This document shows positions 40,787-48,373 of a stretch of DNA of 64,000 nt, piece after piece. The stretch lies in assembly GCA_964057225.1 (NCBI GenBank), contig OZ059895.1, forward strand, positions 3,286,001 through 3,350,000, read 5' to 3'. The stretch comes from Auanema rhodensis. Lineage: Eukaryota; Animalia; Nematoda. The notes beneath the pieces were generated by a model. The model was not told the DNA's origin, did not search any database, and saw nothing but the letters and a program-made list of their open reading frames with translations. How positions within the stretch are numbered: position 1 is the stretch's first letter; every line of letters begins with the position of its first letter. The position numbers and the translations under genes were made by a program.

Positions 40787-42399
40787 CCCGCATGCCAGAC
40801 GATACCATCCTTTCAAACTTACTACTAAACACTGAAGGGTGCAGTGCGCATCATGGTAACTGCAAATCAAACACATCAATAATTATTTGGGATCCACAAA
40901 CTACGGATTCCCGTTGCAATTACATAGATATGCACACATATGAAGCCATCATTAGCGGCGATACTATCCTAATTCCGAGCACACAATCTGCTCTTATCCT
41001 TTCGAACAAACCAACCCCAAAACCTATCGCTTCGTGTTTTAGACAACCAGCATTTCACACAACATCGGGGAACTACATCATACTCCCCAAATTTCCAAAT
41101 GACAATAACATTACTATCCTCGTAGAAAGAGAGTTTAGAAAATTGCCGTTCAAAAGACAAAAACGCGCAATCGCTACAGGATGTTTATTCCCTTTAGACC
41201 AAGATAGAGTAATGGAAGTTGAAGATTTTGAGACTCATACGCTTCACATATGCCCATATGCCTTTTTGAGACCAATTATGAGCAATCCGGGCATTACGCA
41301 GATTATCTCTTTAATCAAAGGAAGACGAATGGCAGATCCCACGTACTCTTTAAAAGAATGGATAACTGCTAATCGCGAGAAATTTGAATTTTTCTTTAAA
41401 ATCCAAATTTATGATAAATCCTTAAGACATTTTCTTAAACAATACGATTTTCGCGATAAAGATGAAGCAATCCTACAATATGTTGCACAAAGAGAACTGG
41501 CGTTAGCAACAAAGACAGGAATATCTTATCTAACACCCAAACAATTACTTCAACAAATATCTGATCGGTTAACTGTTATTGAATTCGATCGCATTCTTCA
41601 TACCAAAGAAGGCACTTATCGTGAAAGAACTGAAAGTATTGCGCTTGATTTAGCTAATACCCCAGTCATAATCGAAGAAAACCTCACTGTTCCATCTAGA
41701 CAAGAAGTGTTACAATCTTTTGTGAAATTACCACCGATACGACAAAAGATACTTACAAATGAAGAAGCACAAAAGAGCGAATTCATACAAGAAACAATTA
41801 ATCTTGTAACCGAACTTAAAACTCTCATAAAAATTAGGAAAAACAAAACAGCAGCAGACATTGATGAGATGAAATTTATTAATCTTCCTGCATCACGAAT
41901 GTTTGTACAAAATACTGATAAACTGTTCTACGATATCAAAAATAATTTTGGAATACCAATCGGTCCACACCCTAAGCTCATCAAGCCTAGTAAAATCTCT
42001 AAAGATTTATTATTGAAAATTTTCTTGCCACTACTTGCTGAAAAGAAATTGCCTTATACTTCAAGTAGAATATCACCAGAACACCTAAGGAGACTAATGG
42101 CAGAGAAACTCGAGCTTGAATCGCTGCAAACCACGACGCGTACGCCGAGCGTCGCTGCAGGCGGCAGCAACATCAGCCCAACCCATAATCGATCGGAAGA
42201 CGACCATCGAATCAGATCCCGCAATGCAGCCGCATGCAATAACAAGCCCTCAAGCAACCGCAGCGACTACCGCGCGCGCGCCATCGTCGACAGCCGAGCC
42301 GAAAATAACAGAGAGCTACACAACCGCAACAACTACCGCACGCGCGACAATATCGACTACCCAGGCGCCAACATCAACAAAGCTCTACGCCACTTATAA
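40783..42399 (+). CDS. Env-like glycoprotein, N-terminal part (gB/chuvirus-G-like Cys pattern, furin site, large insert). Likely continues into the next ORF by a +1 shift near 42130-42152
   Basis: GCSAHHGNC...IIIWDP...CNY Cys/Trp spacing, N-glycosylation sequons, RQKR at 41155-41166. No signal peptide visible. Confidence 0.6.
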   Translation: MTRMPDDTILSNLLLNTEGCSAHHGNCKSNTSIIIWDPQTTDSRCNYIDMHTYEAIISGDTILIPSTQSALILSNKPTPKPIASCFRQPAFHTTSGNYIILPKFPNDNNITILVEREFRKLPFKRQKRAIATGCLFPLDQDRVMEVEDFETHTLHICPYAFLRPIMSNPGITQIISLIKGRRMADPTYSLKEWITANREKFEFFFKIQIYDKSLRHFLKQYDFRDKDEAILQYVAQRELALATKTGISYLTPKQLLQQISDRLTVIEFDRILHTKEGTYRERTESIALDLANTPVIIEENLTVPSRQEVLQSFVKLPPIRQKILTNEEAQKSEFIQETINLVTELKTLIKIRKNKTAADIDEMKFINLPASRMFVQNTDKLFYDIKNNFGIPIGPHPKLIKPSKISKDLLLKIFLPLLAEKKLPYTSSRISPEHLRRLMAEKLELESLQTTTRTPSVAAGGSNISPTHNRSEDDHRIRSRNAAACNNKPSSNRSDYRARAIVDSRAENNRELHNRNNYRTRDNIDYPGANINKALRHL

Positions 42400-45300
42400 A
42401 GATCAACAAATTCCAATAATGGACGAAATAACATACTTACCCACGACATTGATTCGGAAACAGAGAGCTTCATCAACACCAACAGCAAAAGAAATACAGT
42501 CTGTTCAGGCTCAAGCTCATTACATAGCTTCGAAAATTGACTCGGAAGAACAGTATCGCCAAAACATTACGAGCAAGATTGCACAAGATCATTTGCAATA
42601 CGCCACAACAATGATTCAAAGCGAGCTACAGAAACATTTCAAAGAGTCATACGAATCAATATGTGAGATCCAAAATAGATATCTAGAGCTATGGCGATCA
42701 ATTTTACAAATCGAACCAACAATCGCGATGCGTACTATCCTTGGAAGAGAAGACATAGCAGCTCGTTTTGTTGGAAGTGAGATATTACACGTACATGTTT
42801 GCCCAACAGTTTTCACAAAAACTATTTATCACAATCACACGGTAAACAATACATGTTATCTCGAAACGCCAATTTTAACCGAAGAAGGCCAATTACTATT
42901 CGCAGCCCCAGGATCAAAAGATCTTCTACCCCACGGAAAAGAAATCAATTGTGATCACGTACCAACAGACGTATGGTCAGCAGACGGTGAATGGAAAGGA
43001 ATCAATGGCACAGTAGATGTCAGTCTCATATCCATGGGAGATGGACTGCATCACGAAAAGATCACACCATTAAAATTCACTGGAGCACACCTTTACACTA
43101 ATTTAACATCACGTGTATACTCCATGACCACAGCCATTGCTTATGGTGCTAGTTTAGCGTCAATCCGTCAAAATCATGTACTTCATACAATTCACAATGA
43201 TCCTAAAATATCAGCCGCTTATAGTGTTTTAAAGAAGAGTAGTGACTACATATCTAAAGCACACGAATTCACAAAAAACACTTGGAATTCATTCATTGAT
43301 ACGATGGTAGGGACAATCGAACGAACACTAATTACAATTGGTGCAATCACATCTGTTATAATAATTGTGATCATACTAGCATTTATCATCAAGGTCTACT
43401 TCCTCAAATCAATTCCGATACCAATCATGCACATTGAACTGAAGGATCGAAATAGTAACCCACCTACATACGAAGAAACCTTAGAGCTAGTTACTCAACC
43501 TGATCAACCCATTCCAAGAAACATAATGAAGCAATACTACCCATCAATACTGACGTATATACCAATTGCAATACCATTGGTTTGTTCAATTTCAAAAAGG
43601 AAAGATCAATCTTTACCACTATTATGGATGACTGTTAATGACAGATTAGTCCTCACCTTATGGGATTCAGGATCATCTATCAGTTATATCAGAGTATCAA
43701 CACTACATTACTTGACTTTAAATGACTTTGTAAAGAACAATAAATCAAGTGCTACAACAGCAAACGGATCAGAATTTCGATTCATCGGTACAATAGATCT
43801 AACCGTCGAAATTGCCGGATATGAAATCGATCATACATTCTATATATCCAACGATGAAGACTGCCCTTCACCAGCATTAATTGGATTAGATTTCATGAAG
43901 ACACTTGACAGTCAAAACATTGGCATGAAACTTAGACCATACAAAAGGACACTAGAGATTGGAAACCGCGTAGTACGGTTAGCTAATGGAATTGACGGAA
44001 GACTCAGCAAAACATCAACAACTGTCAATCTGATTAACTTAAAACAGCGAGATATGCTTCCAAACGAAACTTGTACACTACAAGTTCAATTAGAAAAACC
44101 CATCAGAGACGATTCTTTCGCGATGCTCTCGATAGATAATAACAATATGCTAACACCCAAATACCATACAGCATTTCGCGATGTTAATTCCATTGATATC
44201 ACGTTCAAAAACAACTCCAACAAATTTATTGAATTACCATCAGGACACGTAATTACTAAAGCTGAGATAGGAATCATGCCAGACTATGAAATCTTCACAA
44301 CTGATCAAAAACAAGACTATATTCCACCTGAAGCTGATTGGGAAAGTAAATTACCTACTTTTCCAACTGATTTTATGAAAGAACTTGATCTAAAAGATGC
44401 TGATCTTACACAAAATCTTAAAGATCATTTACGTTCTATAATTCGCAGACGAAAAAAGGCTTTCCTCAATGAAGACAAAAATATAGGACTGTTCAAAGGC
44501 CCTGTAGAACACAGCATACCATTAAGAACTGACATGGATATGCCTAAACCTAGGATCACTCGTATACCCTTAGGAAAACAAGAGGAAATCGAAAGACAAG
44601 TACAGGAAATGCTTCAACAAGGAATAATCGAACCATCAACATCACTGTTCAATAGTCCTGTCGTATTAGTGAAGAAAAAGGACGATACATTTCGTTTCGT
44701 AACTGATTTCCGCGCCTTAAACAACGTTACACGGAAGCAAACATATGTAATTCCTAATATCTCCGACATTATTGATATGGCAGCTGGATCAAAATATTTT
44801 TCCAATTTTGATTTAGTTTCTGGATTTTTCCAAATACCATTAAAAAAATCAGACCGATCCTTAACAGCCTTCACAACAAATACGGGAACGTATCAATACA
44901 GAAGGATGCCTATGGGATTATGTGGCGCTCCACATACCTTCCAAACTGCGGTACGATATCTTCAAAGCAGATGCAAATGCAGACTATTCGTTTACTTAGA
45001 CGATCTACTTGTTATATCAGATAATGCAGAACAACACATATATGATATTGAAGAAGTACTCGAAAGAATTGAAGAACTAGGATTGAAGATAAAGCTCAAG
45101 AAATGCTCATTTGCTAGACCAGAAGTCAAATTTCTTGGGTTAATTGTTGGAAGAGATGGAGTTAAGCCTGATCCAAAGAAAGTTTCCGCCATCCAAGACT
45201 ATCCTGCTCCACAGTCACCTACGGGAGTTAGAGCATTTTTGGGAATGGTAGGATTCTTTCGGAAATTCATTAAAGACTTTGCTCACATCGCAAGCCCTCT

Positions 45301-47305
45301 ATATGATCTCACAAAACTGGACACAGATTTCAAATGGTCAGACCAGTGCCAACAAGCGCTAGATAAATTAAAGAAAAGATTAATGGAAGCACCAGTACTG
45401 AAACCACCAAGAGCAGATCGTACTTTCATAATTGAAAGCGATGGCAGCAATATAGCCATCGGAGCAGTACTGTTACAACCTGAAGATCCGAATGAACCTT
45501 TGAAAAACTTACATCCTATTGCATTCGCAAGTAGAAAATTAGTTAAAGCCGAACGAAACTATCCTCCTATTGAGATCGAAGCCCTAGGATTAGTATACGC
45601 GCTTGCTCAGTTTCGGACTTATATACTTGGATCACACGCAATATGCATTACGGATCACCGACCATTAACAAGCTTAATGACACGAAGAGATTTGTTTGGA
45701 AGACTAGCAAAATTTCAATTAGTGATACAGGAATACAACATTGAGATCAGATATCGTGAAGGTAGACTAAACAAAGTCTGTGACGCTCTTTCACGATACA
45801 TTGGAGACGAAGCTAATGATCCAAAGCCAGAAAAGAAAAAGAAAGTTAAAGAGCCTCAACTTGCTCAGGTTAACTTTGTTAACATACCAGACATTAAACA
45901 AATACAAAGCAATACACCTTGGATCAAAAAGACAATTGCCGAAATTGAATACAGAACAAAGAAAAACATGCTCTCCAATGATCGTTATTGTGTAATTGAT
46001 AACATGCTGTACACAAAACCGAGCACGAAAAGACCACACCCAGCCTTAGTTTTACCACGAGAGAGCGAACTGATCAGCAAGATCATCGAAGAATTTCATG
46101 AAGACCCAGCAATCGGGGCACATCAAGGAATTAATAAAACTAAAGAAGCCATATTACGAAGATTCTTCTGGACAAATATGCAAACGGACATAGCAATTTT
46201 TGTGAAACAATGCGTTAAATGCGCACAAAGAAAGAAAGACCCTCATGCTATGACCGTTCAGCCAATGGGTCAATTCGAAATACCATCTAAACCATTTGAG
46301 AGAATACATATGGATATCATGGGACCATTCCCAACATCAAAAAGAAACAACAACTACGTTCTTACAATCCAGGACTCTTTTTCCAAATGGGCGACAACTA
46401 TTGCTATACCTAAAATAGTTACGGACGTTGTCATCGACAGATTCCTCAGAAATTTTGTATACATTTATGGACCTCCAAATCGACTAATAACAGATCGAGG
46501 TTCCAATTTTGTATCAAAGAAATTCGAAAATATGTGTGATAAACTCGGCATAAAACATGAACCAACACTCCCGCATCAGAAGAACTCTAACGGACAAGTG
46601 GAAAGACTACATAGGACGTTAGAAGAAGGATTAACACATTATTTGAACGAAGAAATTACTGATTGGGACTTATTTTTGCCAAAAGTCACCTTTGCGTTAA
46701 ACACCACAACACACTCAACAACAGGAATATCACCATATATAGCTTTATTCGGAAAAGAAAGTCGTATGAGACTCGATAAAGAATTATCACCTGAAACACC
46801 GGAATCAGGAACAATATCCATTGATATAGAAAACATGGAACAACTTCGTCAAGAAAGAAAATCTCTCATTCAAGATAACTTGGAAAAACATCAGCAACAA
46901 GCAAAGAAGAAACACGATTCAAGACAACGAATTGAAGAAAGGGACATCCGTGAAGGAGACCAAGTTATGTTGACCATTAAGTCACATAAAATAGGTCAAA
47001 AGCTGAGGAAATGTTATGATGGACCCTTTGAGGTCATCAAAGTAAAAGGATCAATGGTACAAATCAAGAATCCTTTTGGAAAACTCCAAGATATACACAA
47101 AGACAACTTGAAACTTTTCAATCGAAGTTCAACATGTGGAGCAGCACACAACACTCGCTCCAAAGCTAGAAACAGCGACTCAGATGACGACAGTGACATC
47201 GAAATTATCGAAGTTATACACGGAGACAATAACGAAGAATTAGACACCGAAATTGACTCAGAAGACCCATCAGATCATAATTGGATACCATCAAGAAGAA
47301 GATAA
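42116..47305 (+). CDS. pol: Env-Pol polyprotein: Thr-rich linker, gB-like ectodomain C-half, TM helix, PPxY tail, aspartic protease, RT, RNase H, integrase
   Basis: Single 1729-codon ORF. WDSGS protease (D at 43664), YLDD (44993-45004), RNase H ESDGS/IEAL/TDHRPL/DALSR, integrase H-H-C-C plus D(MDIMGP)-D(TDRGSNF)-E(NGQVER), GPF motif. Confidence 0.95.
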   Translation: MNRCKPRRVRRASLQAAATSAQPIIDRKTTIESDPAMQPHAITSPQATAATTARAPSSTAEPKITESYTTATTTARATISTTQAPTSTKLYATYKDQQIPIMDEITYLPTTLIRKQRASSTPTAKEIQSVQAQAHYIASKIDSEEQYRQNITSKIAQDHLQYATTMIQSELQKHFKESYESICEIQNRYLELWRSILQIEPTIAMRTILGREDIAARFVGSEILHVHVCPTVFTKTIYHNHTVNNTCYLETPILTEEGQLLFAAPGSKDLLPHGKEINCDHVPTDVWSADGEWKGINGTVDVSLISMGDGLHHEKITPLKFTGAHLYTNLTSRVYSMTTAIAYGASLASIRQNHVLHTIHNDPKISAAYSVLKKSSDYISKAHEFTKNTWNSFIDTMVGTIERTLITIGAITSVIIIVIILAFIIKVYFLKSIPIPIMHIELKDRNSNPPTYEETLELVTQPDQPIPRNIMKQYYPSILTYIPIAIPLVCSISKRKDQSLPLLWMTVNDRLVLTLWDSGSSISYIRVSTLHYLTLNDFVKNNKSSATTANGSEFRFIGTIDLTVEIAGYEIDHTFYISNDEDCPSPALIGLDFMKTLDSQNIGMKLRPYKRTLEIGNRVVRLANGIDGRLSKTSTTVNLINLKQRDMLPNETCTLQVQLEKPIRDDSFAMLSIDNNNMLTPKYHTAFRDVNSIDITFKNNSNKFIELPSGHVITKAEIGIMPDYEIFTTDQKQDYIPPEADWESKLPTFPTDFMKELDLKDADLTQNLKDHLRSIIRRRKKAFLNEDKNIGLFKGPVEHSIPLRTDMDMPKPRITRIPLGKQEEIERQVQEMLQQGIIEPSTSLFNSPVVLVKKKDDTFRFVTDFRALNNVTRKQTYVIPNISDIIDMAAGSKYFSNFDLVSGFFQIPLKKSDRSLTAFTTNTGTYQYRRMPMGLCGAPHTFQTAVRYLQSRCKCRLFVYLDDLLVISDNAEQHIYDIEEVLERIEELGLKIKLKKCSFARPEVKFLGLIVGRDGVKPDPKKVSAIQDYPAPQSPTGVRAFLGMVGFFRKFIKDFAHIASPLYDLTKLDTDFKWSDQCQQALDKLKKRLMEAPVLKPPRADRTFIIESDGSNIAIGAVLLQPEDPNEPLKNLHPIAFASRKLVKAERNYPPIEIEALGLVYALAQFRTYILGSHAICITDHRPLTSLMTRRDLFGRLAKFQLVIQEYNIEIRYREGRLNKVCDALSRYIGDEANDPKPEKKKKVKEPQLAQVNFVNIPDIKQIQSNTPWIKKTIAEIEYRTKKNMLSNDRYCVIDNMLYTKPSTKRPHPALVLPRESELISKIIEEFHEDPAIGAHQGINKTKEAILRRFFWTNMQTDIAIFVKQCVKCAQRKKDPHAMTVQPMGQFEIPSKPFERIHMDIMGPFPTSKRNNNYVLTIQDSFSKWATTIAIPKIVTDVVIDRFLRNFVYIYGPPNRLITDRGSNFVSKKFENMCDKLGIKHEPTLPHQKNSNGQVERLHRTLEEGLTHYLNEEITDWDLFLPKVTFALNTTTHSTTGISPYIALFGKESRMRLDKELSPETPESGTISIDIENMEQLRQERKSLIQDNLEKHQQQAKKKHDSRQRIEERDIREGDQVMLTIKSHKIGQKLRKCYDGPFEVIKVKGSMVQIKNPFGKLQDIHKDNLKLFNRSSTCGAAHNTRSKARNSDSDDDSDIEIIEVIHGDNNEELDTEIDSEDPSDHNWIPSRRR
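42590..43390 (+). other. Class III fusion protein (herpes gB / chuvirus glycoprotein-like) C-terminal ectodomain and transmembrane helix within the pol ORF
   Basis: A long helix ending ICEIQ, then IEPTIAMRTILGREDIAARFVG..LHVHVCPTV...TCYLETPI, parallels the gB motif NP..IASA..GR.VSAR.LGDV.AV..C..V...CYSRP. Sequons NHT/NNT/NGT/NLT. Hydrophobic LITIGAITSVIIIVIILAFII at 43328-43390. Confidence 0.75.
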
Positions 47306-47997
47306 AACAACCACATTGATTATACTCTTGTTAAACATTTTGCATAAAAAATCGTTTTAAGGAAACTAGAGCTAAAAATTAATTTTACCAACACAAACAA
47401 CGGATAGATGAGCAGTAAGCTATAACTTAATGAGCAGTCATGTTTCAAGCACATCGAAAAAAAAAATATATATATAATAATAGCTACAAATTATCATAAA
47501 AGTTACTCCAATCTCAAATAATTTCCCCTAAAAACCCGAAGAAATGAAAGATGAGAGACATTATATTGCAATCAAAGCTGAGCAACAGTCATCATCAAGT
47601 AATTAATGATTCATTTCTGGAAATTATACGGGATTGTTTTAATAATTCCAAACAAATAATGTTTTCTTTCAAAACTGAAGAAACAGCCTAGCTTCATTGA
47701 GAGTATAACTTAGCTCTCGCTACTCTGCTCTATATTGGTTAGACATACAGCGTCGTGCCCAAAAAGCTACTTTCATGCACTTTCGCTGACAAAATATAGC
47801 TCTAGTATTCTTAAAAGATTGTGTTTTTGCTTTATACTCATGTATTATTTTATTTAAAACTTATTAAATCCTTTTTAGACAATATTGTTGAGGTTAATAT
47901 TGTATAATTTTGTATTATTTGAACAACAACAATGTATTTTAACATGTAAAACCTCTAAACCTCTTGCTACGATTGAAACAAGCCATACATTTTGATA

Positions 47998-48033
47998 GTC
48001 GCGAGGACGCGACATAAACTCGAAAAAATGGCA
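47998..48033 (+). promoter_or_regulatory. Pre-LTR hairpin (GTCGCG-AGGA-CGCGAC) and weak polypurine tract (GAAAAAATGG)
   Basis: Perfect 6-bp stem at 47998-48013, then a short purine-rich run just 5' of the 3' LTR, which is the expected plus-strand priming position. Confidence 0.6.
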
Positions 48034-48369
48034 CGTTCCATTCGGATGATCAATACGTAGCAGGCGGGTTAGAGCTAGACGACAAGAGACGAGAGGAGCT
48101 GACACGCCCTTTATACGGAACTCAGACTTTAGTTCTGTCTCATGGAATGACTAAGGATGGCTTGTCATCTCCTCAGAGCTCACCTATAGTTTATATCTCT
48201 TTAATTCTTATCGTAACTTATTGTAATCATTATGTAGAATAAACCTTTCTTTTCATGAGTCTTATGTTATCCATTATGCTCTATTAATACCGCTACATCT
48301 GGAACACTGTATCGCACATCTTATAGACTACATTGGTCTATAGGATAGATGCGAGAGCATAACGGAACG
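48034..48369 (+). repeat. 3' LTR (336 bp)
   Basis: Direct repeat of 37576-37911. Boundaries are fixed by divergence of the flanking bases on both sides. Confidence 0.97.
48238..48243 (+). terminator. Polyadenylation signal AATAAA in 3' LTR (copy at 37780-37785)
   Basis: AATAAA inside the LTR followed by T/GT-rich sequence. Confidence 0.6.
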
Positions 48370-48373
48370 GCCC
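48370..48373 (+). other. Target-site duplication GCCC (right copy)
   Basis: GGAACG|GCCC|TTCAAAG. Confidence 0.95.

Larger units (their letters stand above)
37576..48369 (+). mobile_element. Ty3/Gypsy (Metaviridae-like) LTR retrotransposon with both LTRs and an env-like gene, 10,794 bp
   Basis: Two 336-bp direct repeats, TSD, PBS, Gag capsid ORF, and pol with PR-RT-RH-IN order and Gypsy-type motifs (SPVVLVKKKDD, RMPMGL, YLDD, TDHRPL, GPF). Confidence 0.97.

Noticed and set aside
40783-43600. Env region as a separate nested mobile element
   Set aside because: No internal LTRs, TIRs or TSD seen, and its 3' half is in frame with the protease.
47306-47997. Canonical env ORF3 or chromodomain downstream of integrase
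   Set aside because: Region is short, AT-rich and has no plus-strand ORF of 60 aa or more. The integrase tail has no chromodomain pattern.
39850-48105. Short minus-strand and alternative-frame ORFs within the element (63-86 aa)
   Set aside because: Shadows of the long plus-strand ORFs or LTR, with no motifs.
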